Part shown: in pieces, positions 1 through 8,717 of the stretch
Layout: each line of letters opens with the position of its first letter
Position numbering within the stretch: the stretch's first letter is position 1
Assembly (NCBI GenBank): GCA_035635635.1
Contig: DASQAS010000244.1
Coordinates: forward strand, 23,690-87,689
From: Myxococcales bacterium
GTDB lineage: Bacteria; Myxococcota; Myxococcia; Myxococcales; 40CM-4-68-19
DNA: 64,000 bases
Reading direction: 5' to 3'
Notes under the pieces: generated by a model
Told to the model about the DNA's origin: nothing
Seen by the model: only the letters and a program-made list of their open reading frames with translations
Database searches by the model: none
Program-made: the position numbers and the translations under genes

Positions 1-285
1 GCCGGGGTGCTCGCCGCCTGCGACGTCCCGCTGCAGCTCGACGTGGTCAACCTCGGCGGGGCCCACACCACCTCGCTCGCCGAGCTCGTCGCCCTGCTCG
101 AGGAGAACCTGGGCGTGCGGCCGATCCTGGACCGGCAGCCCGCGCAGCCCGGCGACGTGCCCCTCACCAGCGCCGACGTCACTCATGCCGGCGAAGCGCT
201 CGGCTATGCGCCGCGGACGCCGATCAAGGCCGGGCTGAAGCGATTCGCCGAGTGGATCCGCGGCGAGGGGCGGGACTGGACCTGA
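1..285 (+). CDS. NAD-dependent epimerase/dehydratase family protein, C-terminal fragment (5-prime end outside window)
   Basis: The frame is open to position 1. The 92-aa tail (..NLGGAHTTSLAELVALLEENLG..PGDVPLTSADVTHAGEALGYAPRTPIKAGLKRFAEWI) resembles extended-SDR sugar epimerase C-termini. GC3-rich. Confidence 0.6.
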   Translation, partial: AGVLAACDVPLQLDVVNLGGAHTTSLAELVALLEENLGVRPILDRQPAQPGDVPLTSADVTHAGEALGYAPRTPIKAGLKRFAEWIRGEGRDWT

Positions 286-290
286 AGCCT

Positions 291-620
291 TTACCGGACT
301 CCGAGCAGCTCGACCTCGAACACCAGCGTCGCGTTGGGCGGAATCACGCCGCCCGCGCCCTCCGCGCCGTACCCCAGCTCCGGCGGGATGGTCAGCTTGC
401 GCTTCCCGCCCACCTTCATGCCCTGCACGCCCTGGTCCCAACCCTGGATGACTTGCCCGCGCCCGAGCGGGAACTGGAAGGGCTGATCGCGGTCCTTGGA
501 GGAATCGAACTTCGTTCCGTCGGTGAGCCAGCCCGTGTAGTGCACCGATACCATCTTGCCTTTGATCGCCTCGGCGCCGGTCCCGACCACCAGGTCCTCG
601 ACTTTCACATTGCTGGCCAC
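291..620 (-). CDS. FKBP-type peptidyl-prolyl cis-trans isomerase
   Basis: 109 aa with canonical FKBP motifs [36 protein letters not shown] and LVFEVELL. Confidence 0.9.
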   Translation of the reverse strand: MASNVKVEDLVVGTGAEAIKGKMVSVHYTGWLTDGTKFDSSKDRDQPFQFPLGRGQVIQGWDQGVQGMKVGGKRKLTIPPELGYGAEGAGGVIPPNATLVFEVELLGVR

Positions 621-630
621 GACTGCCTCC

Positions 631-2253
631 TCACTGGTCGCGCACGAGCGGACCGCTCCCTGCCATCTGCTCGTCGGGGAAGGGCATCTCCCCCGGCAGC
701 AGCCGGTACACCCTCACCACTTCGCGTCCCCCGATGCTCTCGACGTGCCAGGGCGTGCGCCGGGACAGGTTGGCCACGGCATCGCGGTTCAGGAAGTAGA
801 GGCGGCCCGTCTGGACGACCACGTAGCAGACATGCCCGGAGCGGCAGGTCCGCCCCCGCCGGACCAGCGTCTGCTGCAGATCCTGCCGGCCGGCCTTCTC
901 CGCGTAGAGCTTCGCCGGCCAGTCGATCTCGGTGGAGAGCTCCGCGTCAGGCTCGGCGTGCGCCGCGACGTACTGCACGGCTTCGCGGAAGCCGGCGTCG
1001 AAGTAGTCGCAGTGCGGGAAGTACCACTGGACGCGTGCGTCCCCCCCTCCGAGCGGCGAGATGTAGAGGCGGTAGTGCGGGGCGTGCTCCACGGCGGCGA
1101 AGGCCTCCGCTCCGGGCAGGAGCAGCACGGCGGCGGCGATCGCCGCCCAGCGCGGCGCTGGCTTCTTCAAGAGCCCGATCAGCATCGCTCCCGTCTGCCC
1201 GGCGAGGATGAGGAACGCGGGGAGCACGCTGACGAAGAAGCGCCCCCACTTGGATCCGGAGGCGGAGTGCACCACGAACCACACCAGAAGCCAGGAGAGC
1301 ATCAGCTTGTGTGCGGGCCGGCGCTGCGCGACCGCGACGGCGAGGCCGGCCAGCGCGCAGAGGAAGGTCAGCGGCGCCAGCTTCACCGCCGCGAACACGG
1401 CGTAGAACCAGGGCGGCGTTCCGCGCACGCCGTACTCGAGGAGGTTGTGGTAGATGCGCCCCATGAAGAGCAGCGACCCGTGCACGGTCTGCTGCCCGGT
1501 GGTGTAGGACTTCGCGTACTCCCAGGTGCTGGGCAAGAACGGCGACCAGCTCACGCACACCCAGAGCAGCGCCGCGACGCCGACGAGCTGCAGCCAGCGG
1601 CGCAGCGGGACGCGCCACTGCGTGTCGCGCCGGACCCAGAGATAGAAGACCACCGGCACGGGCGTGAGGAAGAAGAAGTACTTCGACGCGAGCATGCCGG
1701 CGAGCGACGCCGCTCCGCCCAGCTCCCAGCGCCGAGGGTCGCGGCCGTCGTCGGCCGCCGCTTTCGCTTCCGCCATGCACCAGAGCAGGAGCATGAGGAA
1801 GATGCCCAGCAGCGTGTCTTCCTTGGCGACGCGCTGGTAGCCGACCAGCGTCACCGAGCACGCCGCCAGCGCGGCCGAGAGCAACCCCGCCGTCCGGCCG
1901 AAGAGCCGGCGCGCGAGAAGGGCGACCACCACGACCGACGCGCCGCCGGCCAGCGCGTTCGGCAGCCGTGTCATCGTCTCCGGCGCCCACCCCAGGCGGG
2001 AACCGATCGCGATCGAGCCGGCGATCAGCCACTTCATCAGCATCGGGTGCTCGACGTCGTCTCCCGAGAACACGCCGTGCAGGTAGCGGTTGGCGGCGAG
2101 CCACTTGTGCACCTCGTCGTCCCCGAATCCCTCCGCCGACAGCCCGCGCAGGCGCAGCCAGAGACCGAAGGCCGTCAGCGCGGCGAGCGCGAGCCAGGCG
2201 CCCGTCCCCCAGGGCGCAGTGCGTCCGCGAAGCTGTTCCGGAGATTCCTGCAT
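631..2253 (-). CDS. Polytopic GT-C glycosyltransferase (family 39 / ArnT-PMT_2-like)
   Basis: About 540 aa and multi-TM, with an early loop ([26 protein letters not shown]) typical of ArnT/PMT-type enzymes. Start trimmed to ATG 2253 (MQESPEQL); the upstream part of track ORF 631..2334 is Arg-rich leader. Confidence 0.7.
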   Translation of the reverse strand: MQESPEQLRGRTAPWGTGAWLALAALTAFGLWLRLRGLSAEGFGDDEVHKWLAANRYLHGVFSGDDVEHPMLMKWLIAGSIAIGSRLGWAPETMTRLPNALAGGASVVVVALLARRLFGRTAGLLSAALAACSVTLVGYQRVAKEDTLLGIFLMLLLWCMAEAKAAADDGRDPRRWELGGAASLAGMLASKYFFFLTPVPVVFYLWVRRDTQWRVPLRRWLQLVGVAALLWVCVSWSPFLPSTWEYAKSYTTGQQTVHGSLLFMGRIYHNLLEYGVRGTPPWFYAVFAAVKLAPLTFLCALAGLAVAVAQRRPAHKLMLSWLLVWFVVHSASGSKWGRFFVSVLPAFLILAGQTGAMLIGLLKKPAPRWAAIAAAVLLLPGAEAFAAVEHAPHYRLYISPLGGGDARVQWYFPHCDYFDAGFREAVQYVAAHAEPDAELSTEIDWPAKLYAEKAGRQDLQQTLVRRGRTCRSGHVCYVVVQTGRLYFLNRDAVANLSRRTPWHVESIGGREVVRVYRLLPGEMPFPDEQMAGSGPLVRDQ

Positions 2254-2336
2254 CGGGCGACGCCTTCTACCTGCGAATCGGCCCTCTGCCAAGGAACTGG
2301 AACATTTTACGGCAGCCGTTAAGCTCGCGTGCACGC

Positions 2337-3038
2337 GTGCTTCGCACCCTGGCCAGCGTGGCGCTCTGCGTGCCGCTCACGTCCGCAGGGACCGCCGGTG
2401 AGGAGCCGCGGCCACAGCAGGCCACGCCTGAGCAGCCCCGGCCACAGCAGGTCACGCCCATCGACGTCCATTCCTTCCGGGTGCTGGAGAGCTATTCGGG
2501 ACCGGTCAGCTACTACAAGCTGGTCCTCGATCCGGACATGCCCTTCATCCGCGCGGTCTACCGCCCGCCCCTCGAGACCGTCACGCTCGGGGCGGAGGTC
2601 CCCGAAAACCTCCGGCAGCGGACCAAGCTGGTCCGCTGGAAGTGGCGCGCGCAGGCGCTGCCCAAGGGCGGAAACGAGTGCAAGGGCGGCTTCGGCGATT
2701 CGGCGGCGGTGGTCTACATCTCCTGGAAGCGCGGGCTGAAGTGGTACTCGCTCAAGTACGCCTGGAGCAGCGAGGGCGAGAAAGGCAGCATCTGCGACCA
2801 GAAGCGCAACCTCTTCGTCGCCCAGGACACGGTGATCCTCGAGTCCGGAGGCCCGCTTGGCGAGTGGCGGACCGAGGAGATCGACCCCAGCGCCTCGTTC
2901 CGGAAGCACTTCGAAGGCGGCAACCCGAACGCGGACGTGCCTGACTTCGTCGGCATCGGCATCATGAGCGACGGCGATCAGACCCGCTCCGTGTCTGCCG
3001 CCGACTACGCCGCGTTCGAGCTGGTCTGGCAAAAGTAG
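2337..3038 (+). CDS. Secreted DUF3047-like protein
   Basis: GTG 2337 precedes a signal-like VLRTLASVALCVPLTSAG and a duplicated PRPQQ(A/V)TP linker. The body (FRVLESYSGPVSYYKL..AVVYISWKRG..DVPDFVGIGIMSDGDQT) matches my recollection of DUF3047. The 5-prime part of track ORF 1968..3038 is antisense to the GT gene. Confidence 0.65.
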   Translation: MLRTLASVALCVPLTSAGTAGEEPRPQQATPEQPRPQQVTPIDVHSFRVLESYSGPVSYYKLVLDPDMPFIRAVYRPPLETVTLGAEVPENLRQRTKLVRWKWRAQALPKGGNECKGGFGDSAAVVYISWKRGLKWYSLKYAWSSEGEKGSICDQKRNLFVAQDTVILESGGPLGEWRTEEIDPSASFRKHFEGGNPNADVPDFVGIGIMSDGDQTRSVSAADYAAFELVWQK

Positions 3039-3042
3039 AAGC

Positions 3043-4044
3043 TCAGCCCGCGTCCGGCTGCACCGCCACCTCCGGCACCAACTCGCGCTCAGGCAGAAGC
3101 TCGGGCCGCCGGTGGCTGAACAGGCTCTGCTTGCCGAACAGCGTCTCGCCCTCCAGGACCAGGACGAGCACGCCGCCCACGAACCCGGGCACCACCTGCG
3201 TGAGATGGTAGAGGAAGATGAAGGCGAGTGCGGTCTCCTTCGGAACGCCGAAGGCGGTCAGCGCGAGCGTCCCGCCCGCCTCGAACGAACCGGCGTTGCC
3301 GGGCGATGGAACCGTCGTAGCGATGTTGAAGGCGGTCAGCGCCGCGAACGCCTGCATCGTCGATAGATCCAGGCCCACCGCGTGTCCCGCCACGACGATC
3401 ACGAGGGTCTCCCACAGCCAGGGAAGCGGCGCGATCACCGTCTCGACCACGAGCAGGCGCTTCCAATGGTTGGCAGCGAACCCGTCGCGAAGATTCGTCA
3501 GCCAGCGCGGGCCGCGGCGGAGCAGCCCGCTGGCCATCAGCGCGAGCACGATGCCGATCCCGAGCACCAGGCCGCCCATGAGCAGCACTGCCCGGAAGAG
3601 CCAGGAGGGCGGGCTTCCCAACAGACAGACGATGGGAAAGGAGGCCACCCATCCCCACTTGTCGCTCCAGAAGTCCACGATCTCGGTGCCCAGCAGCTTG
3701 GCCCTGGAGAGACCGGTGCGCTTGCCCAGGTACTGCACGCGCAGCAGATCGCCGCCGCGCGCCGGCAAGAGCACGTTGAAGAAGAACCCGACCATCATCG
3801 CCCGGAACGCCTGCCCGTAGCGGAGGTCGAGCACGGGACGCATCACCACCCACCAGCGCAGCGCCTGCAGCGCCATCAGCACCAGGCCGCCCACCGCGGC
3901 GAGGAAGAGCGGCTGCTCGGCCACGCCGTGGAGCGACGCGACCAGCTCGCGCTGGCTGATCCCGAGGTACACGACCACGGCAGCCGCGGCGAAGATCCCC
4001 GCGAGCAGGCCGACGACGGTGCGCAACCAGAGCCGGTCTGTCAC
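3043..4044 (-). CDS. Flippase-like / lysylphosphatidylglycerol-synthase TM-domain family (UPF0104) membrane protein
   Basis: 333 aa, about 8 TM, with family-typical FFFNVLLPARGGDLLRVQYL and NIATTVPSPGNAGSFE. The GTG start at 4044 overlaps the upstream stop (GTGA, 4041-4044). Confidence 0.75.
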   Translation of the reverse strand: MTDRLWLRTVVGLLAGIFAAAAVVVYLGISQRELVASLHGVAEQPLFLAAVGGLVLMALQALRWWVVMRPVLDLRYGQAFRAMMVGFFFNVLLPARGGDLLRVQYLGKRTGLSRAKLLGTEIVDFWSDKWGWVASFPIVCLLGSPPSWLFRAVLLMGGLVLGIGIVLALMASGLLRRGPRWLTNLRDGFAANHWKRLLVVETVIAPLPWLWETLVIVVAGHAVGLDLSTMQAFAALTAFNIATTVPSPGNAGSFEAGGTLALTAFGVPKETALAFIFLYHLTQVVPGFVGGVLVLVLEGETLFGKQSLFSHRRPELLPERELVPEVAVQPDAG

Positions 4045-5009
4045 AGCACTCCCGTGAGCTCGCCGAGCCGGCGGAGCGTCAGCGGCGCCTGAGGCTCGGA
4101 GCGGCAAGCGTCGAAGCAGGACCCGCAGTTGGGACCGGCATACGCGCCGGGCAAGAACTCGGAGTAGTGCGCGACGGCCGGAAGCTCCGCGCAGGGCTGG
4201 ACCATGCCTTTGGGCGAGACGTGGATCATGATCTTGCCCGCCTGGCAGCCGTCGATGTGCCGCTTCTCGTAGAACTCGGGCAGCGTCTCGAAGAAGTAGT
4301 CGGACGTCATCACGTTGCCGAGCTCGCGCTTGAGTTGGACGATCCGCCGGCAGACGGCCTTGAACTCGGCCATCTTCTCCCGCGAGACCATGTGGGACTG
4401 GTTGCCATTCTTCAGGTCGTTGTAGCCCGAGAAAGCGATGTTGATCCCCCATTTGTGCGCCAGTCGGACCAACGGCTCGGCGTCGTGCATGTTGTCGACC
4501 ATCAGCATCGACGCGAAGGTGAAACAGTTGTAGCCCTCGGCCACCATGCGCGGGATGGTCTGCTCCAGCCGCTCGAAGAGCCCGGGCAGGCCACGCTCCC
4601 GGTCCTGGCGGACGTCGGGATAGTTCATGGAGATGTTGATCTGGTTCACCCCGGCCGCGGCCAGCTCGCGGATCTTCGCGTCGGTGAGGAACCCGCCGTG
4701 GGTGAGCACGGTAATGTACCGGAAACCGGGCAGTTCCTTGATCTGCCGCACCAGCGGCACCAGGTCGCGGCGGAGCATCGGCTCGCCGCCGGTGAAGACG
4801 ACGACGAGCGGATCGAAGCGGCGGATGACGTCGGTGAAGTCCGTCATCTCGTCGCGGTCGCTGATCTTCCAGTAGTCGCAGAAGTCGCAGCGCGCGTTGC
4901 AGCGCTTGGTCACCTCGATCGAGACGGTCAACGGTCGCTTGTTGAAGGTGACGTCCAGGAACTTGCCCGCTGCTCGCAACTTCTCCAGCGGGCTCAAGGC
5001 TATCTTCAT
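4041..5009 (-). CDS. Radical SAM protein with Cys-rich SPASM/twitch-like C-terminus
   Basis: ATG 5009 (MKIALSPLEK). Has the CxxxCxxC motif (CNARCDFC), the GGEP motif (FTGGEPMLR) and C-terminal cysteines GCQAG..QPCAELP..GPNCGSCFDAC. The rest of track ORF 4041..6455 is an off-frame shadow of gene 5102..6496. Confidence 0.85.
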   Translation of the reverse strand: MKIALSPLEKLRAAGKFLDVTFNKRPLTVSIEVTKRCNARCDFCDYWKISDRDEMTDFTDVIRRFDPLVVVFTGGEPMLRRDLVPLVRQIKELPGFRYITVLTHGGFLTDAKIRELAAAGVNQINISMNYPDVRQDRERGLPGLFERLEQTIPRMVAEGYNCFTFASMLMVDNMHDAEPLVRLAHKWGINIAFSGYNDLKNGNQSHMVSREKMAEFKAVCRRIVQLKRELGNVMTSDYFFETLPEFYEKRHIDGCQAGKIMIHVSPKGMVQPCAELPAVAHYSEFLPGAYAGPNCGSCFDACRSEPQAPLTLRRLGELTGVL

Positions 5010-5061
5010 TCCGTACCCCTGAAAGCGCGCACCGATAACATCCTGAAGCCCTTCTGGCAAC

Positions 5062-5084
5062 GTTTGCTGCAGCGCGCAGCAAAC
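5062..5084 (-). terminator. Perfect 9-bp stem / 5-nt loop hairpin between the hypothetical gene and the radical SAM gene (terminator or attenuator candidate)
   Basis: GTTTGCTGC-AGCGC-GCAGCAAAC lies in the 92-bp gap 5010..5101. No T-tract follows. Confidence 0.3.
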
Positions 5085-5101
5085 CCGTCCCGAGACTGCC
5101 C

Positions 5102-6496
5102 TCACTTGCCTCCGGACACAAAAAAGTCGAGCAGCAGCCCGGCGGCGGCGCGCCACGCCGCAGGCTGAAGGGAATCCTGCGCGATCATCCGCAGCCGCTC
5201 GCGCTGTAGCTCGGGCAAGGTCCGGCTCCTCCACGCGATCCGGGAGACCTCCGCGCGCAGCTCGCGCAAGAGCTCCTCCTCGCCGCGCACGGCCGCGCGC
5301 GCCTCCACGGCCGCGCAGAGCCGATCCACCGCCTCCGGGCGATCCTCGAACACGGCCAGCAGCCGGGATGCGAACGGGCCGGGGGCGACCTGCGCGCGAG
5401 GCGGAGGGGGCAGGTCGGAAGAAGGCAGGACGGGCGCCTCCCATTCGAACTGATCGTTGCTCCAGCGGTCGGCGCGGGAGATGCGGTTGCCGAGCGGGTC
5501 GAAGCGCAGGTCGGATCCCTTGTGCGGCGCATCGCCCGGAGCGCGTCCCAGCGCCTGCATGGGCTTGGCGGGAGCGGCGGGCGGAACCTCCATCACCGTG
5601 CCCGTCGGCCTGCGGTAGGGCGACTTGCGGATCGGCGGCGCCAAGGTCTTCCCGGCGCGATTCGTTTCCCCCGGCTGCGCGGCGGAGCCGCGACCTGCGT
5701 CGCGCGGAGTCGACGCCCGCGCCGGCGCGGCCGGCGGTTCCTTCTTGAGGGCCGCCGGATTGGCCGCCGCGTCGCTGGACTGCACGGACGCGCTCTGCTC
5801 CTCGGCCTCGCGGATCATCGGGGCAAACGCTTCCGGAAGATTCGGCGGCCAGGGTGGAGCGAGACCGACGCGGCGGGCCGCCGCGGGAGCGCGCCGATGC
5901 GCGGAGCAGGTCTGCTCGAGCAGACGCTTCCAGCCCGTCCGGTGACCCTCCGGCAACTCCGCCTCGCCGAGGGCGAAGAGCCCGGCGATGGCCCCCGCGT
6001 GCAGCTCGGGAGCGGACGCGAGCAATTCCTTGAGCCGGTCCACGCCGACCACCGACGCGCCGGCATGCGCCGCGCGCGCGAACGCCCCGGCCGCCAGGGT
6101 GATCTGCGCCGCCTCGCCTCCGAGCTCCAGCGCGACCGGCAGGCCCGACTCCACGAGCTTGCGGGCCAGCCCTCCGAGGCGCGGATCCGTCACCAGGTCT
6201 CCGGCACCGACGAAGAGATGTCCGACGAACGGCGCCTCGATGCCCGCCTCGAGCAGGCAGCGCGCCGCCGCGAGCCGCGCTCCCTTCGGGACGCGGAGAT
6301 CGCAGGCGACCTCCAGAAGGACCGCGCCGGCCTCTCGGTGCTCGGCCAGCTCCTTGTGCTCCTGGGCCGGCGCGGAGAGCGCCGACCCCAGGGCCGCGAG
6401 CGCGCCCGTCTCCCGGTGTCGCAGCTCGCGCAGATACTCCTCGAGGGACTTCCACTCGCCCGCGCGGTCCTGGCGCAGCGTCGCGAGGATGGGCAC
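5102..6496 (-). CDS. Hypothetical protein (helical N- and C-terminal regions joined by a Pro/Ala-rich disordered linker)
   Basis: Consistent GC3-rich frame. The proposed GTG start at 6496 shares 1 nt with the upstream TAG stop. I recognise no family motif. Confidence 0.5.
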   Translation of the reverse strand: MPILATLRQDRAGEWKSLEEYLRELRHRETGALAALGSALSAPAQEHKELAEHREAGAVLLEVACDLRVPKGARLAAARCLLEAGIEAPFVGHLFVGAGDLVTDPRLGGLARKLVESGLPVALELGGEAAQITLAAGAFARAAHAGASVVGVDRLKELLASAPELHAGAIAGLFALGEAELPEGHRTGWKRLLEQTCSAHRRAPAAARRVGLAPPWPPNLPEAFAPMIREAEEQSASVQSSDAAANPAALKKEPPAAPARASTPRDAGRGSAAQPGETNRAGKTLAPPIRKSPYRRPTGTVMEVPPAAPAKPMQALGRAPGDAPHKGSDLRFDPLGNRISRADRWSNDQFEWEAPVLPSSDLPPPPRAQVAPGPFASRLLAVFEDRPEAVDRLCAAVEARAAVRGEEELLRELRAEVSRIAWRSRTLPELQRERLRMIAQDSLQPAAWRAAAGLLLDFFVSGGK

Positions 6497-6720
6497 TACC
6501 TTCGGCGCCCCATGGTCGCGAGCGTGCCTCGCGAGAAGACCCAGAGGTGCGCCGCGAACGCGATCCCCCAGGCGATCGCCACCCACTGCACCCAGAACCG
6601 GTCGGGCGAGAAGCGGCGGTTGAGCACGGCGCAGGCGAGCAGGCCCGAGATCATCACCAGCGCGTGGATGGTGAGCAGGACGCGGTGGTTCTCGCGGATG
6701 CGGAATCCCCGGCCGGGCAT
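6496..6720 (-). CDS. 2TM domain-containing small membrane protein
   Basis: 74 aa with two hydrophobic helices (LLTIHALVMISGLLACAVL / WVAIAWGIAFAAHLWVF), the layout of 2TM (PF13239-like) proteins. Confidence 0.5.
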   Translation of the reverse strand: MPGRGFRIRENHRVLLTIHALVMISGLLACAVLNRRFSPDRFWVQWVAIAWGIAFAAHLWVFSRGTLATMGRRR

Positions 6721-6730
6721 GGGGCGCGTT

Positions 6731-7648
6731 CTACCCCGAAAACGAGATCGCCGTCTGCCCTCGCGCCGCCGTGTCCACAGCGACGTGGAAGACGAGCACC
6801 GCGAGCAGCGCGAGCGCGCCCCGGGTTCCGCGAAGCGAAGGCCTCAGCCGATCGAGGACGGCCAGGGCCGCTGCGCATTCGAGGGCGAACGGCAGGTATC
6901 CGAGGTAGCCCGGCAGCGGCATCTCGAACAGCTTGGGCCGATCGAAGAACGGCACCGTGTAGATCCAGCCCCGGGCGCAGCCCCAGTTCAGCGCCTCCCA
7001 GAGAAGCCCCAGGGGAACGCCCACCGCCGCGACCTGAAATCGGACGCGGGCGCCCGCCAGCGCCTCGCCGATCGGCCAGAGGAAGATCCAGGCGAGCGGA
7101 AACAGCAGCCGCGGCCAGAGGAGCACCAGGACCAGCATCGCCGCGCCCGCGGCAACCTTGAGGAGCCGGCGCTGCGGAACCACCACCACCGGAGGTCCCT
7201 CGAGCTGCGCGAGACCGAGCCGCATCGCCGGCAAGACGGTGGCAAACGACACCGCGGCGAACACCGTGCCTTCCCACGGATCCTTCGGGACGCCCACGTA
7301 CCACCAGTTGCGCAATCTGAGATTCACCAGCTCGAAGATGTCCCAGGCCACGATGCTGGCGGCCGCGGTAGCGGCCCAATCGCCCGGGGTGCGCAGTGGG
7401 GATGCGCCGCGGCGCCAGCGAGCGAGCCCGTCGAGCGCGATCAGCACGCCTGCCCAGGCCAGCGGAAAGCGGAGCAGGTCGATCCGGGCGCTGCTCCGGG
7501 AGGCGATCACCACCGCCGCCACGAGTCCGCCGCCGCAGAGGAGCTGGAGCACGCGCCCTCCCCGAAGCCAGAGCGCCGGGCCCCCCGAAGAGGACCCGGC
7601 GCCCCTGCAATCGCAGCCAGCACCCGGAGAGCGGGCCGCGCAGCGCAA
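6731..7648 (-). CDS. Hypothetical polytopic membrane protein
   Basis: 305-aa ORF with about 7 hydrophobic segments and a Trp-rich body. The TTG start at 7648 lies 1 nt after the upstream stop; an internal start is possible. Confidence 0.5.
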   Translation of the reverse strand: MRCAARSPGAGCDCRGAGSSSGGPALWLRGGRVLQLLCGGGLVAAVVIASRSSARIDLLRFPLAWAGVLIALDGLARWRRGASPLRTPGDWAATAAASIVAWDIFELVNLRLRNWWYVGVPKDPWEGTVFAAVSFATVLPAMRLGLAQLEGPPVVVVPQRRLLKVAAGAAMLVLVLLWPRLLFPLAWIFLWPIGEALAGARVRFQVAAVGVPLGLLWEALNWGCARGWIYTVPFFDRPKLFEMPLPGYLGYLPFALECAAALAVLDRLRPSLRGTRGALALLAVLVFHVAVDTAARGQTAISFSG

Positions 7649-7649
7649 G

Positions 7650-8573
7650 CTACTTCGGATTGTTCTGGTTCTGGTTGCTGGTATCCGGAGGGGGGGTGTT
7701 CGACTGCGGCATGCTCTGGTCGCCGCCGCTGCCGGTGCTCTTCCTGCTCTTCTTGGAAGAGCTCATCATCTCGATCTTGTCCGCGCGGTTGGAGGCGGGA
7801 TCGAAGCTCGCGCGCACCTGCGCGCCCTCGTGGATCGCCGAGATGCCGGCCGCCACGGGCTGCCCGTGACGCAGCACCTGCGTCTGCGAATCCACCGTCA
7901 GGGTGACGCCCTTGTCGAGCGTGATGCTGTTCTGATCGACCTTCTGGACGTGGCCGGTCACGGTGCGGAGGTTGCTCTGATCCGCAGCCATGGTGCCGCT
8001 GCCGGCGGCGCCCGCGGTGCCCATGCCGCTGCTGCCGCTCTGGCCGTAGGTGCCCGAGCTGCCGGAAGTGCCGCTCTGGCCGCTCTGCCCGTAGGTCGAG
8101 CCGGAGCTACCCGAGGTTCCGCTCTGGCCGTACGTCGAGCCGGTGTTGCCGGTCTGCCCGGAGGTGCCGCTCTGGCCGCTCTGCCCGTACGTCGAGCCCG
8201 CCGCTGCGCCCGCACCCGCCGCCCCGGCGCCGCTGCCACCGTAGGTGGAGCTGGTGTCGCCAGGCTGGCTGGTCGAGCTGCTGCTCGGATTCGATCCGTA
8301 GGTGGAGCTGCTGCTGCCCTGGTTCGAGGCGGTCGACGAGCTGCTGGAAGGCTGGCTGCCCATCGACCCCTGGTTCTGCGTGGTGCTTCCGGTGTTGGCG
8401 GAGGTCGTTCCCTCCGGAGGGTTCGTCTGCGTGCCCGCCGTCGAGGCGGTGCCGGAGACCGAGCCCGACTGCGGCGTGCCGCTGTCGTTCGTGGCGGTGC
8501 GGGTGTTCTTGCTGCTGCTGCTGCAGCCAAAGACCAGCGCGGCTGCCAGCGCCAGACCATATGCGTACTTCAT
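7650..8573 (-). CDS. Lipoprotein with a Ser/Gly/Thr/Tyr low-complexity repeat region and a small C-terminal beta-rich domain
   Basis: ATG 8573 begins MKYAYGLALAAALVFGC (lipobox). There are six (S/G)(S/T)YG(Q/G/S)S motifs, followed by LRTVTGHVQKVDQNSITLDKGVTLTVDSQTQV. Confidence 0.7.
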   Translation of the reverse strand: MKYAYGLALAAALVFGCSSSSKNTRTATNDSGTPQSGSVSGTASTAGTQTNPPEGTTSANTGSTTQNQGSMGSQPSSSSSTASNQGSSSSTYGSNPSSSSTSQPGDTSSTYGGSGAGAAGAGAAAGSTYGQSGQSGTSGQTGNTGSTYGQSGTSGSSGSTYGQSGQSGTSGSSGTYGQSGSSGMGTAGAAGSGTMAADQSNLRTVTGHVQKVDQNSITLDKGVTLTVDSQTQVLRHGQPVAAGISAIHEGAQVRASFDPASNRADKIEMMSSSKKSRKSTGSGGDQSMPQSNTPPPDTSNQNQNNPK

Positions 8574-8717
8574 GCTGTGCCTCCTCAAGGGGTTTCTCGG
8601 CGCGACTCATTGGGGCGCCGGTAGAAGCGCCGGGAAGTCCCCGGCTGCTCCGCAGAGGTAGGCATCGCGTGCTGCCCACGGAAGCTTCTCGGGCGCCCGC
8701 TGTGTCCCGCAGCGGAC

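Noticed and set aside
4041-6455. N-terminally over-extended or fused ORFs: 4041..6455, 3043..5121, 12624..14723, 21772..22917, 26115..27635, 30739..32328, 35705..37552, 44132..45079, 46219..46893, 60372..61661, 53595..56153 and 56154..58592.
   Set aside because: Only the C-terminal portion of each is a recognisable protein. The upstream parts are Arg/Gly-rich and overlap other real genes in a different frame. Internal ATG/GTG/TTG starts coincide with stop codons of upstream genes (ATGA/GTGA/TGATG coupling) or with recognisable N-termini.
8000-8290. Repetitive DNA inside 7650..8573, considered as a satellite or CRISPR-like array.
   Set aside because: The repeats are in frame and encode the Ser/Gly/Thr/Tyr low-complexity region of a lipoprotein. 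There is no spacer/repeat regularity.
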